Assembly: GCA_036785375.1 (NCBI GenBank)
Contig: JAWMAR010000388.1
Location: 1,798,001-1,862,000, forward strand
Direction of reading: 5' to 3'
DNA length: 64,000 nt
From: Leucoraja ocellata
Taxonomy: Eukaryota
Shown here: piece by piece, positions 48,444 through 62,474 of the stretch
How the letters are laid out: each line of letters starts with the position of its first letter
Numbering within the stretch: position 1 is the stretch's first letter
Made by a program: the position numbers and the translations under genes
Notes under the pieces: model-generated
Told to the model about the DNA's origin: nothing
What the model saw: only the letters and a program-made list of their open reading frames with translations
Database searches by the model: none

Positions 48444-51400
48444 AGAAACATAGAGGAAACATAGAAAAATATGTGCAGGAGTAGGTCATTCGGCCCTTCG
48501 AACAGGGACCATTCAACATAATCATGGCTGATCATTTAAATTCAGTACCCCATTCCTTCTGTTTCCCCATATCCCTTGATTCCATGTCCTAAGAGCTAAA
48601 TCTAACTCCGTCTTGAAAAGATCGAGTGAATTGGCCTCCGCTGCCTTCTGTGGCAGAGATTTCCACAGATTCATAACTCTCTGGGTGAATTTTTTAATCC
48701 TCATTTCAGTCCTACATGGCCTATCCCTTATTCTTAAACTGTGACCCCTGGTTCTGGACTCCCCCAACGTCGGGAACATTGTTCCTGCATCTAGCCTCTC
48801 AGTCCCGCCATCCCGGGAATTATCCTGGTGAACCTATGCTGCACTCCCTCAATAGCAATAATGTCCTTCCTGAAATTTGGAGACCAAAATTGCACACAAT
48901 ACTCCAGGTGTGGTCTCACCTGGGCCCTGTACAACTGCCAGAAGGACCTCCTTGCTCCGAAACTCAAATCCTCTCACAATGAAGGCCAACATGCCATTCG
49001 CTTTCTTCACTGCCTGCTGTACCTGCATGCTTATTCAGTGACTGATGTACAAACACACCTAGGTCTCGTTGCACCTCCCCTTTTCCAAATCTGACAGCAT
49101 TCAGATAATAAACTACCTTCCTGTTCTTGCCAATAAAGTGGATAACCTCACATGTATCCCCATTATACGGCATCTGCCATGCATCTGTCTTATTTTAAGT
49201 CACCTTGCAGCCTCATAACATCCTCATCGCAGCCCCCATTGCCATATAAACCATATAATATAAACCATATAACAATTACAGCATGGAAACAGGCCATCTC
49301 GACCCTTCTAGTCCGTGCCGAACACATAATCTCCCCTAGTCCCATATACCTGCGCTCAGACCATAACCCTCCATTCCCTTCCCATCCATATAACTATCCA
49401 ATTTATTTTTAAATGATAAAAACGAACCTGCCTCCACCACCTTCACTGGAAGCTCATTCCACACAGCTACCACTCTCTGAGTAAAGAAGTTCCCCCTCAT
49501 GTTACCCCTAAACTTCAGTCCCTTAATTCTCATGTCATGTCCCCTTGTTTGAATCTTCCCTACTCTCAGTGGGAAAAGCTTTTCCACGTCAACTCTGTCT
49601 ATCCCTCTCATCATTTTAAAAACCTCTATCAAGTCCCCCCTTAACCTTCTGCACTCCAAAGAATAAAGCCCTAACTTGTTCAACCTTTCTCTGTAACTTA
49701 GTTGCTGAAACCCAGGCAACATTCTAGTAAATCTCCTCTGTACCCTCTCTATTTTGTTGACATCCTTCCTATAATTAGGCGACCAAAATTGTACAACATA
49801 CTCCAGAATTGGCCTCACCAATGCCTTGTACAATTTTAACATTACATCCCAACTTCTATACTCAATGCTCTGATTTATAAAGGCCAGCACACCAAAAGCT
49901 TTCTTTACCACTCTATCTACATGAGATTCCACTTTCAGGGAACTGTGCACAGTTATTCCCAGATCCCTCTGTTCACCTACATTCTTCAATTCCCTACCAT
50001 TTACCATGTACGTCCTATTTTGATTTGTCCTGCCAAGATGTAGCACCTCACACTTATCAGCATTAAACTCCATCTGCCATCTTTCAGCCCACTCTTCCAA
50101 CTGGCATAAATCTCTCTGTAGACTTTGAAACTCTACTTCATTACCCGCAACCCCACCTATCTTAGTATCATCTGCATACTTACTAATCCAATTTACCACA
50201 CCATCATCCAGATCATTGATGTACATGACAAACAACAGTGGACCCAACACAGATCCCTGTGGCACCCCACTCGTCACTGGCCTCCAACCTGACAAACAAC
50301 CATCCACAATTACTCTCTGGCATCTCCCATTCAGCCACTGTTGAATCCATCTTGCTACACCATTAATACCCAACCATTGAACCTTCTTAACCAACCTTCC
50401 ATGAGGAACCTTGTCAAAGGCCTTACTGAAGTCCATATACACAACATCCACTGCGTTACCCTCATCAATTTCCCGTGTAACATCTTCAAAAAATTCAAGA
50501 AGATTAGTTAAACAAGACCTTCCAGGCACAAATCCATGTTGACTGTTCCTAATCAGACCCTGTTTATCCAGATGCTTATATATATTATCTCTAAGTATTC
50601 TTTCCATTAATTTGCCCACCACTGACGTCAAACTAACAGGTCTATAATTGCTAGGTTTACTCTTAGACCCCTTTTTAAACAATGGAACAACATGCGCAGT
50701 ACGCCAATCCCCCGGCACTATTCCCATTTCTAATGACACTTGAAATATTTCTGCCATAGCCCCTGCTATTTCTACACTAACTTCCCTCAATGTCCTAGGG
50801 AATATCCTGTCCGGACCTGGAGACTTATCCACTTTTATATTTCTCAAAAGTGTCAGTACTTCCTCTTCTTTGAATCTCATAGTTTCCATAGCTACTCTAC
50901 TTGTTTCCCTTACCTCACATAATTCAATATCCTTCTCCTTGGTGAATACCGAAGAAAAGAAACTGTTCAATATCTCCCCCATCTCTTTTGGCTCTGCAGA
51001 TAGTTGTCCACTCTGACTCTCTAATGGACCAATTTTATCCCTCGTTATCCTTTTGCTATTAATATAGCGGTAGAAACCCTTCGGATTTACTTTTACCTTA
51101 CTTGCCAAAGCAACCTCATATCTTCTTTTAGCTTTTCTAATTTCTTTCTTAAGATTCTTTTTACATTCTTTATACTCCTCAAACACCTCATTTACTCCAT
51201 GCTGCCTATAATTATTGTAGATCTCCCTCTTTTTCCGAACCAAGTGTCCAATTTCCCTTGAAAACCATGGCTCTTTACAATTTTTACGATTTCCTTTCAA
51301 CCGAACAGGGACATACAGATTCTGTACTCTTAAAATTTCACCATCCAGCTTTGTCTCATCCATAGACTTACCTTGGAAATTACATATTTAATTCCCTCGT

Positions 51401-52600
51401 CTAAATCGTTAATAAATATTGTAAATAACTGGGGTCCCAGCACCGACCCTTGCCGCACATCATTTGTCACTGCCTGGCATTCTGAAAAGGACCAGTTAAT
51501 GCCTACTCTTTGCTTCTTGTCTACCAACCAGTTCTCTATCCATATCAATACCCTTCCCCCAATACCATGTGATCTAATTTTGCACACTAATCTCTTGCGT
51601 GGAACCTTGTGAAAGGTTTTTTGAAAGTCCAGATACACCACTTGCACTGGCTCTCTCTTATCCTCAAAAAATTCCAGAAGATTAGTCAAGCATGATCTCC
51701 CTTCATAAAGCCATGTGGACTTCGACCAATCCTGTCACTGCTTTCCAAATGCGCTGCTATAACATCTTTAATAATCGACTCCAGCATCTTCCCCACTACT
51801 GATGTCAGGCTAACGTCTATAATTCCCCGTTTTCTCTCTCCCTCCTTTCTTAAAAAGTGGAGTTACAATGGCTACCCTCCAGTACACAGGAATGGATCCA
51901 GTCGGGAGAATATTGGAAGCTGATCACCAATGCATTCACAATTTCTAGGGCCACCTGCTTGAGTACTCTGGGATGCAGACCATCAGGCCCTGTGGATTTA
52001 TCTGCCTTCAGTTCCAACAGTTTACATAATACCATTTCCTGGCTAACGTGGGTTCCCTTCAGTTCCTCCCTCCCACTAAATCCTCAGTCCCCTAATATTT
52101 CTGGGAGATTGTTTGTGTCTTCCTTAGTAAATACTGAACCAAAGTACTCGTTTAACTGTTCTGCCATTTCCTTGCTTTCCATTAGAAATTCACCTGTCTC
52201 TGATTGTAAATGACCTATATTTTCTTCACTGATCTTTTCCTTTTTACATATCTAAAGAAGCTATTGCAGTCAGTTTTGATATTCCACGCCAGCGTTCTTT
52301 CATACTCTCCTTTCCCGCCTTAATTAACCCTTTTTTTGTCCCCTGTTGAGTTCTACATTTCTCCCAATCCTCTGGCCAATTTATATAACCTCTTCCTTGG
52401 ATTTAACACTATCCTTGATTTCCCTCGGTAGTCACGTTGAGCCGCCTTCCCCATTTTATTTATTTCTCTAGCCGGGGATGAACACATTTTGGAGTTCATC
52501 CATGCAGTCCTTAAATATTTGGAATTGCATCTCCACCATCAACACTTTAAGTATAATTTGCCCGTCTATCCCAGCCAATCCCGACTCATACCCTCAATGT
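48444..52600 (-). mobile_element. Older degenerate CR1 LINE, split by a younger CR1
   Basis: CR1 motifs on both sides of 49240-51338 are collinear. Confidence 0.8.
49240..51338 (-). mobile_element. Young 5'-truncated CR1 LINE with uninterrupted RT ORF (49336-51338)
   Basis: ~667 codons without stop: KSPGPD, NYRPVSLTS, DFSKAFD, GVPQGSVLGP, YADD; (TTATATGG)-type tail. Confidence 0.92.
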
Positions 52601-53088
52601 CTCTTCTTAGTTACTTAATAACATTTGGCTTGGCTCTGTATATAAAAGATGCTTCAATCCCTTTTGTTATTACATATGGTCTTGGAAACAACACATCATT
52701 CCTCCACAGTGAACATATTATAATCAGTTTCCATTTAAATCAGAAAAGGCATTTCCCTCACATTTGATCGTCGCTTACCAACTTAAATCCATTTTAATTC
52801 ACGTGAAGTCGCCACCATTCAATGATCATCAATGATAGGCTGTTTTATACAATGTTGCTAGATTCTGAAGAAAATTGATGTGCTGAGGGATCTTGGAGTC
52901 CAAGTTCATAGCTCACTGCATTTGGCAGCACATGTAGATGGTAAAGTGGATGTATGGTATACTTGCGTTCATTGCTAGGGGTGTTGAGCATAAGGGTCAT
53001 AAACATGATGCAGTTCTATATGAGTTTGATGAGGCAGCAATTGGAGTATTGAGTACAGATCCGATCGCCCCATTAAAGGGAAGAAATT

Positions 53089-55990
53089 AGATTCAGATTC
53101 AGATTCAGATTCAATTTTAATTGTCATTGTCAGTGTACAGTACAGAGACAACGAAATGCATTTAGCATCTCCCTGGAAGAGCGACATAGCAAACGATTTG
53201 AATAAATAATAATAAGTGTCCGGGGGGGGGGGGGGGGGTGGTGATTGGCAGTCACCGAGGTACGTTGTTGAGTAGAGTGACAGCCGCCGGAAAGAAGCTG
53301 TTCCTCGACCTGCTGGTTCGGCAACGGAGAGACCTGTAGCGCCTCCCAGATGGTAGGAGGGTAAACAGTCCATGGTTGGGGTGAGAGCAGTCCTTGGCGA
53401 TGCTGAGCACCCTCCGCAGACAGCGCTTGCTTTGGACAGACTCAATGGAGGGGAGCGAGGAACCGGTGATGCGTTGGGCAATTTTCACCATCCTCTGCAA
53501 TGCCTTCCGGTCGGAGACAGAGCAGTTGCCATACCATACTGTGATGCAGTTGGTAAGGATGCTCTCGATGGTGCAGCGGTAGAAGTTCACCAGGATCTGA
53601 GGAGACAGATGGACCTTCTTCAGTCTCCTCAGGAAGAAGAGACGCTGGTGAGCCTCCTTGATCAGAGTAGAGGTATTGTGGGTCCAAGAGAGGTCATCGG
53701 AGATGTTGACTCCCAGGAACCTGAAGCTAGAAACACGTTCCACCTCCATCCCGTTAATGTGGATGGGGGTGTGCGTGCCGCCTCTGGACTTCCTGAAGTC
53801 TACAATGAGCTCCTTGGTCTTCTTGGAGTTAAGGGCCAGGTTGTTGTCAGCGCACCATGCTGCTAAGTGCTGGACCTCCTCCCTGTAGGCCAGCTCATCG
53901 TTGTTGCTGATGAGGCCAATCACCGTTGTATCATCTGCATACTTGATGATGGTGTTAGTACCATGTACAGGTGTGCAGTCATAGGTGAAGAGGGAGTAGA
54001 GGAGGGGGCTCAGCACACAGCCCTGTGGAACGCCGGTGTTCAGGGTGAGGGTTGAAGAGGTGTGCTTGTCTAACCTCACAGGCTGGGGTCTGTTGGTTAG
54101 AAAGTCCAGTATCCAGTTGCAGAGGGAGGGGTCGATGCCCAGGTTACCAAGTTTGGTGATCAGTTTTGATGGTATAATGGTGTTGAATGCTGAGCTGTAA
54201 TCGATGAACAGCATTCTTACGTAAGTGGCTCTGTTGTCGAGGTGAGAGAGGGCGGAGTGAAGTGCCGTTGAGATGGCATCCTCCGTACTCCTGTTCTTGC
54301 GGTAGGCAAACTGATAGGGATCCAGTGTGGGGGGTAGGCAGCTTTTGAGGTGTGCCAGGACCAGCCTCTCGAAGCACTTGGTGATGATGGGGGTAAGTGC
54401 AACTGGGCGGAAGTCGTTGAGGCTTGCCGCAGTGGAGTGTTTTGGCACTGGCACGATGGAGGTGGTTTTAAGGCAAGTGGGGACAACTGCTTGGGCAAGC
54501 GACAGGTTGAAGATGTCAGTCCAGACGTCTGTCAGCTGCGCAGCACAGGCCCTGAGCACGCGCCCGGGGATGCCGTCAGGGCCAGCAGCTTTACGTGCAT
54601 TAGTCCTACTCAGTGCCATGTATACGTCGTAGGGGGTGAGTGTGAGCGGTTGGTGATCGGCAGGTAGCACAGCCTTGATGGCTGTCTCTAGATTGTCCCT
54701 GTCGAAGCGGCCATAGAAGTGATTAAGCTCCTCAAGGAAGGAGGCGTCGCTGGATGTGGGGGTGATGTTGGAGGGTCTGTAGTCCGTGATGGCCTGGATG
54801 CCTTGCCACTTGCGTCGGGGGTCGGAGTTGTTGTAGAAGTGCTCCTCAATCCTGAGCTTATGGCAGTGCTTGGCCTTCCTGATGCCCTTCTTCAGGTTAG
54901 CCCTGGATGAACTGTAGGCTCGAGCATCGCCTGACCTGAAAGCGGTGTCCCGTGCTTTCAGCAGTAGCCTGACCTCGCTGTTCATCCATGGCTACTGATT
55001 CGGGTATATGGTCACCTGTTTGAGGGAGGTGACACTATTGATGGTGGAGTTTATAAAGTCCAGAACAGAGGATGTGTAGGAATCAATGTCCGTGTGGGAG
55101 TCAAGGGTGGCCTGGGCTGCAAATGCCTTCCAGTCAGTGTTTCCAAAACACTGCTGAAGTGTGAAGTCCGCTTCCTTTGACCAGACTTTAACTGTCCTCA
55201 CAGTTGGTTTAACCCGTCTGATGAGTGGGGAGTACTTAGGGAGCAGGAACAATGAGACGTGATCAGACTGACCAAGGTGGGGGAGGGGGATGGCTTTCTA
55301 AGCTTCAGCCATGTTGGTGTAGACTTTGTCCAGTGTCTTGTCTACTCTAGTGGGGAAGGATACATGTTGGTGGAATTTGGGGAGTACAGTCTTCAGGTTA
55401 GAGTGATTGAAGTCACCCGCACCAATGAAGGCTGCCTCGGGGTTGTGAGTCTGTTGATTGCTAATGGCAGTATGCAGCTCTTTCATTGCAAGCTTGGCAT
55501 TAGCGTCAGGAGGGATATAGGCTGCAGTCACAACAGTGGAGGTGAACTCTCTGGGCAGATAGAACGGTCTGCATCTAACCAAGAGGAACTCAAGGTTAGC
55601 TGAGCAGTGACTCTCGATGATGGTGGAGTCCGTGCACCATGCTTTATTTACATAAATGCACAGACCCCCACCTCTGGTCTTACCAGAGTCTGATGTCCTG
55701 TCCGCTCGGAGTAAATGACGCCCCGATAGCTGGATGGCGCTGTCAGGAACGTCAGTGTTGAGCCAAGTTTCCGTGAAAATCAGGATGTTGCAGTCCTTGA
55801 TCCGGTTGTGGGAGGTGATCCTTAGCCGGAGTTCATCCATTTTGTTTGTCAGTGAATGCAGGTTGGCGAGGAAAAGGCTAGGAATCGCTGCCCTGTGTGG
55901 GGCTAGCTCTAACCTGGCCTTTAACCCACCTCTGCGTCCCCGGCGGTGTTTTCGTACCCGTCGCCGTCTGTTGGTGCTTCTGGTGGGCCG
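53089..55990 (-). mobile_element. Near-complete Rex1/Babar LINE (APE + RT), with lesions at ~54990 and ~55255-55300
   Basis: 577-aa RT ORF with YADD; upstream APE motifs FTETWL, GGGLCIY, GDFN; (GAATCT)n tail; inserted in a CR1 fragment. Confidence 0.93.
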
Positions 55991-56574
55991 AGCTGGCTTG
56001 GGTTTTGGAGAGGGTACAAAACAGGTTAACCAGAATGCTGCCTGGATCAGCCACAGGGAGAGAGTGGATATCCATGGATTGTTTTCTCTGGAATGTCGGA
56101 GGTTCGTGGGAGACTTGATAGAAGTATATACAATGATGAGAGTCATTGATAGGGTAGACAGTCAGTGTCATTTTCCAGGATGGAAATGTCCAACACCAGA
56201 AGACGTAGCTATAAGGTGTGAGGGGGAACGTTTAATGCAGATGGGAAAGGCAAGTATTTTACACGGAGTGTGGTACGGAGCAGGAACGCATGATGGTGGT
56301 GTGGGTGGATATGATAGCGGTGTTTAAGAGGCTCATTGTAGGTACATTGAAGTGTAGAGAGTACAGGTTAACCAGAATGGATATGGATATGGATCAGGAC
56401 AGGCAGATCAGTTTAATTGGGCTTAATGTTCGCCACAAACATTGCCTTCCTAAGGTCCCGTTACAGCCAATATTCAATAAATCTCTGCACCTGTGCATAT
56501 ATATTTAGTCTGTTTTCTGTATTCACCACAATCAGAGGCAACATGCATTTTACCCGTTGTTGTTTATTTAATCT

Positions 56575-57265
56575 CACAATATCATAATCAGAATTATACT
56601 TTATTAGCCAAGTATGTTTTACAACATACGAGGAATTTGATTTGCCATCCAGTCATACCAATAAAAAGCAACAGAACACACAAAATACATTTTAACATGA
56701 ACATCCACCAGTGACTCCTCCACATTCCTCACTGTGATGGAAGGCGAAAAAAAGTTCAACCTCTTCCCTTCTTTGTTCTCCCGCGGTCGGGGGCCTCGAG
56801 CTTCCGTTGATCTTGACTCCCGTAGCCAGCGGCGGTCCCTACGCGTCAGGGCGATCAAGCTCCTGCATCGGGGGGATCTCAGCTCCCCGCGCCGGGCGAT
56901 CTGACCCCCGGGTCAAGGCTGGTCAAACCTTCTGTGTTGTTGGAGCTTCCCGACGTCGGTCTCTCCCGAGATTACGAGGTCTTTGATGTTAAAGTCCGCA
57001 GGCCGCGGTTGGAGCATCGATCCCAGGCAAGGAATCAGCTTCGATGTAAGTCCACGCCCCGCGGTGGGGCTCAAAGTCAGTCCTGAGCAAGGCCGCCAGC
57101 TCCATGATGTTAGGCCGCAGAGTGACTGGAGAAATGACCCGGAAAACAATCGCATCTCCGGCAAGGAACAAAACTTTCCCCCGATCCCCTCCCTCACCCC
57201 CCACATAAAACAAACCAGAGAACATTAGCACAAATTTCAAAACACACTAAAAATAATAAAAACAA
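56575..57265 (-). mobile_element. GC-rich non-autonomous retroelement
   Basis: 3' end homologous to 11321-11441; AATAAA-containing tail. Confidence 0.55.
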
Positions 57266-57379
57266 CGGTATATTGTCCAACTTCTTGTATTATCTAAGCT
57301 TGTCTTTGCCCCGCATAAACCATGTTAGACCCAGCCTCCATATTCATTAAACTCACTGGACATAAAAAGAAAATAATGA

Positions 57380-58022
57380 TCATGGGGAACAAGGACCGCT
57401 CTTTTCACAATGAGCCCTTGGACCACCGCGCCCACGCCGACCAGTGGTGCCCATACACTAGCACTATCCAACACACTAGGGACAATCTACATTTGTTTCC
57501 AAAGGCAATTAACCAACAAACCTATACGTCTTTGGAGTGTGGGAGGAAACCGGAGCACCCGGTGAAAACGCACGAGGTCACATGGAGAAGGGACATACAC
57601 CGTACAGACAGCCTCCAGTCAGGATCGAAACGTTGTTTCTGGTGCTGTTAAGGGCCTGTCCCACGAGCATGCGACTGCATGCGGCAAGCGCGACCTAACA
57701 TGGTCGCTTGAGCCGTATGGCCACGCGGGGTCGGTCCCACTTTGATCACTGGAGCCGTATGGAGTTGTGAGTCCCGACATCGCGCGGGGCTCCGGAAAAC
57801 TGACACTGTCCAAAAATTCCGTGCACCGCCTCGACGGACGTGCGCAGCGTCTCGACGCGGTACGCAGCGTTTTGATGGCGTACGGGATCACTCGACCTCC
57901 GCGTGGCCCCCGCTTCCGAATTGGTCACGCTTGCCGCATGCTGTCGCATACTCGTGGGACAGGCCCTTAAGGCAGCATCTCTACCACTGTGCCAGCCTGT
58001 CACCCCATATGCCACTGTGCCG
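57380..58022 (-). mobile_element. V-SINE (HE1-like) interrupted by a Harbinger-like MITE
   Basis: GTCTTTGGAGTGTGGGAGGAAACCGGAGCACCCGG and GGCAGCATCTCTACCACTGTGCC. Confidence 0.75.
57651..57967. mobile_element. PIF/Harbinger-like MITE
   Basis: TIRs AGGGCCTGTCCCACGAG...CTCGTGGGACAGGCCCT (~45 bp), TWA flanks (TTA / TAA). Confidence 0.85.
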
Positions 58023-59039
58023 CCCCTATATCTACTATAATAGGCAACGTCATTGTTTATGGGCTGTATTTATTTATATGATATTTTGAATCACTAAACT
58101 AAAAAAATAATATAACTATAGTACCATGTTCTGAAGCACAATTCTATGTCACGTTAGGCCTTACGTTTCCATACTTTATATTGAAACACGTATCCATCTG
58201 TCGAGCCCAACGTCTGTATTTGCTTAAATCACAATCTGCCTCAGCCTTCTGTACTCACTCCACAATAGTCTTGCAAAGACACTATATAGCCCATAGAAAT
58301 GTACTGTAGTTACATGCCTTTCAATTCACAATCTCTCTACAAAATATAATGCCAAGATAAACCAATCTCACCTACGTGCAAATGATTCACATCCCGACAC
58401 TCTCTGCATATCCATATGCCTGTCTAAATACTTCTGGTGCATTACACAATGTGTTTCAAGCACCTATCCACTTCATATGCTGCACTATGTCAACAATAAT
58501 TACACCCCAAATTGCCGCTGACTCTAAAGCACGAGGGCGCATCTATATTTATTTCAGACTTCACTAAAAACTGAATTAATCCTACAGAGACTGTAGCAGT
58601 CCAGAATAAAGTTATCCGTGTTGGCAAGTTGGGTTAAGGTCACATATTTTCTCAGTTCCACTACCGGATCTGGGCTGCGCCACTTTTTGTGCAACAAATA
58701 TACAAAAAATACAAGTATTTGAAAATTCTGAATAAACATTATCAACTGATCTCATCACTTTGGTGTTCAAGAAGAGACTGCAGATGCTGGAGAATTGAAG
58801 GTAGACAAAAGTGCTGGAGAAACTCAGCGGGTGAGGTAGCATCTATGGAGCGAAGGAAATAGGCAACGTTTCGGGCGGAAACCCTTCTTTAGACTGGTTA
58901 ATCACTTTGGTTCTCTGTTAAAAGAAAGATGGAAACCTGCAATGATGGAAATACTGCATCTTGCATCTATTTTAACATCACCGTAAATTATCTAAGCTTA
59001 TAGATGCAGAAAATCTCAAAGCACTTGACTTTGTGGCCA

Positions 59040-59710
59040 TGTTAGCAGATGATATGAACATAGGTAGTGGGACAGGTAGTGTAGAGGAAGCAGGGAGCCT
59101 GCAGATGAACTGGACAGGTTGGTAGAATTGGCCAACAAGGATATGGAAAATGTTGAGCCGAGTTTGGGCCCATACAGTATCGGAGGCGGGATAAGCTGGA
59201 CTTGGAGAGGGATCCGATGAGGCTTAGAATAATGATCCCGGGGATGATTGGGGTAACCTTTGATGAGCGTTTGACAGCGCTAGGCCGATGCACGCTGGAC
59301 TTTAAAAGGATGTGGTGAGACCTTATTGCGACTGATTGAGATTGAAAGGCCCGAGGAGGGTTGATGTGGAGAGGATGTTTCCACTCATTGGAAAGTCTAG
59401 GACAAGAGAGCACAGCCTCAGTGTAAAAGTACATAGACTTAGAAAGGAAATGAGGAACTTATTTAATCAGCGGTGAATCTGTGGAATTCATTGCCACGGG
59501 CAGCCGTGAAGGCCAAGTATTATGGTTCTGTTTTAAAGTGGAGATTGGCAGATTTATGTTTAGTTAGGGAGCCAAGGGCTTTGGCGGAAAGGCAGCAGAA
59601 TGGGTACGAGAGAGAAAGATAAGTCAGCGGCGATTGAATGGCAGAGTAGACTCGACGGGCCGAATGATACAATTATGCTGCTATGATTCATGAATATCTG
59701 AACTTATGAA
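59040..59710 (+). mobile_element. Degenerate CR1 3' fragment
   Basis: GTGAATCTGTGGAATTCATTGCCAC and 3' UTR GGGCCGAATG; (TATGAAC)-type tail. Confidence 0.7.
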
Positions 59711-61121
59711 AGTACGCTGAATCACCAGAGAAAATGTAGTAAAATAATGCGCTAGACATCGACAAGTCACCTGGACCCAATGACTTGAATGTGAGCATTA
59801 GAAATAAGTAGATGTAGACAAAGAGAGAGTATGGATTATAATATTTTAGAAAATAACATTTGCAAATGATGTAACATTGTGAAAAAACTCTAATTTAGTT
59901 AAAACTGCAAAAGTGACCACGATTAAGAAGGAGGAGAGCCAGAAATGAGCACGAAAAATGTCAAATAGTCGAACATCTATCGGAGGGGAGATATTGAATG
60001 CCATGATTAAGCAGATAATATCCGGGTGCTTAGGGTTCATAAGCGCTTCTAACAGATTGTTCATCATTTTTTGAAAAAGCAACGGTATTTGACAAAGTTG
60101 TTGTAAGTCTTTGAAGATGGAATGTGTGCCTGGTTTATTTTTGGATGAGGTACTTGCATAGATCAGTGATGATATGTCAATTGTTTACAATGCATATTAA
60201 TAACTTCAATAAATGGACTGATTGCTGTGTTTAGGCCTTTTGACAGCACACACAGTGTTCCGGTGAGAAGTGTCAGGCTAACACAAAGAACCTGCAGTGT
60301 GATATGTACAATGGGTACCAAATTGGACGATGCTTTATGAAACATTGAGGACATCATATTGGAAATGAAGAAGGAAAGCAAGTACTGACAATATTATTTC
60401 AGTGAGGTGTACCTTCAAAATTTTGTGGTGCAAACATTTCTGAGCAACCAGATTATGACACACAAAATATTAACCGGAGGTGCAGCAGCCGTCTTGGGAG
60501 GCTAATGGAGTGAAGCTTGTATTGAAGTGGGATAAATAAGCAGTTTGTGGTACCTGCTGAGATTATTTCCTCCATTAACTGGTGAATAGAGTGGGGACCG
60601 GATAAAGCCTGGGAAGTGATAAGTGAAGGAAATGTGTAGGGAGGATCTGCAATTACTGGTTTACAAAGAGGATAGACACAAATGGCGGAGTAACTCGGGG
60701 GCTCAGGTCGCATCTCCGGCGAAAAAGAATCTGTGACTTTCGGCTCCAGACCCTTCTTCTTCAGACTGAGAGTCAGAGGAGAGGGGCAATAGTAGATATA
60801 CTAATATTGGATAACATTCTTACTTTTTTGGCTTAAACATCAAGGGAGGGGGGGAAACTAGAGGCATGTAAGGGTACAAATAACAAGTTAATGAAAGTTA
60901 CGAAAAGAACAAATCAAAGCCAGCCCAACGATCAAGGAATGGTGGAGCCCACAATGGCCTCTTGTTGGCTGTGGAAAAGGTGATAACAAGTGCATACAAG
61001 CCGTAAAACTAAGCAGGACGACAGTGAAACTAGTAGGATGACTGGGTGGGTGATGGACTGATGGATTGCAACGGTTAGAGGAAATAAGGAAGATCAATAT
61101 TCCTACCGCTGGGGTTCGTGA

Positions 61122-61144
61122 TAGGGTTAGGGTTAGGGTTAGGG
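61122..61144 (+). repeat. Short interstitial telomeric repeat (TTAGGG)~4
   Basis: TAGGG TTAGGG TTAGGG TTAGGG. Confidence 0.85.
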
Positions 61145-61774
61145 AGAGTGCAGGTGAGGATATCGATTGGCAGATGGCTGGAGGAAGGATACGGATGATG
61201 GGACGTTTTATAGGTTTCTAATGAGATCATGTCTGGAGACATTTCTAATACCGAAATACAATGCTTGGGACTATTGTAAGGATGGTAGTGCAAGGTTCAC
61301 TAAGCTGATTCTTGCATGACAAAATGATGTGGCAGATAAACAGAAAGAGGCCGATAAACAGAAAGAGGCCACTGCATAACATTTCAAAGACTTAGAGATG
61401 ACCTTACTATTGTTAATATTCTGAGCTGGGTTGATGGGCTAGCTGTTGAGATTATTTTTTCTACAGTGGTGTTCAGGACTAAGGAGCGTGGATTCAGAAT
61501 AAGGGGTAGCTAATGCAATCGGTGACTAAGAGTAATTTGTGACAAGGAGTTGTGGTACTTTGGAATTCTCTATTCCCGAAAACAATGGATATGAATATAT
61601 TGACAATATTTCAATTGGATGCTGGTGGAGTTAAAAAAAAATCAAATAAGGCAAGGAGTACGTGGAATGAGCAGAAAGGTGATGAGGATTCTTAGACGGC
61701 ATCCACCGTGATATTATGGAAGAGCGAAGCGCCCATGAATGATGGGTCAGCATCTTTCTGCAGTGTTTCTCGAT

Positions 61775-62290
61775 TGACAATAGACAATAGACATTAGGTG
61801 CAGGAGTAAACCATTCGGCCCTTTAAGCCAGAACCGCCATTCACTGTGATTATGGCTGATCATCCACAATTAGTGCCCCGTTCATGCCTTCTCCCCATAT
61901 CCCCATGACTCCGCTATCTTTAAGAGCTCTATCTAACTCTTTCTGGAAAGCATCCAGAGAATTGGCCTCCACTGACTTTTGAGGCAGAGAATTCCACAGA
62001 TTCACAACTCTCTGGGTGAGAAAGCTTTTCCTCATCTCCGTTCTAAATGGCCTACCCCTTATTCTTAAACTGTGCCCCCTGGCTCTGGACTCCCCCAACA
62101 TCGGGAACATGTTTCCTGCCTCTAGCGTGTCCAATCTCTTAATAATCTTATATGTCTCAATAAGAACCCCTCTCATTCTTCTAAATTCCAGAGTATACAA
62201 GCCCAGTCACTGCATTCGTTCAACAGTGCCGCCATCCCGGGAATTAACCTCGTGAACCTACGCTGCACTCCCTCAATAGCAAGAATCTCC
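61775..62290 (-). mobile_element. CR1 3' fragment
   Basis: YTLEFRRMRG...VVNLWNSLP; (GACAATA) tail. Confidence 0.88.
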
Positions 62291-62474
62291 TCTTTTCAAG
62301 CAATACACAAACTGATGTAGCATTTCAGCGAGCCAATGAACATCTATGGAGGGGCTGGACAGATGACGCATCCTAACGGGATGCTTTCTTCTGAGTAATT
62401 GCCGTCGGGGTGGGGAGAAAACTGGAAAAGAGTGGGTGTGGCAGGAAAAAGTTTGGCAAACAATAGGTGGAAGA

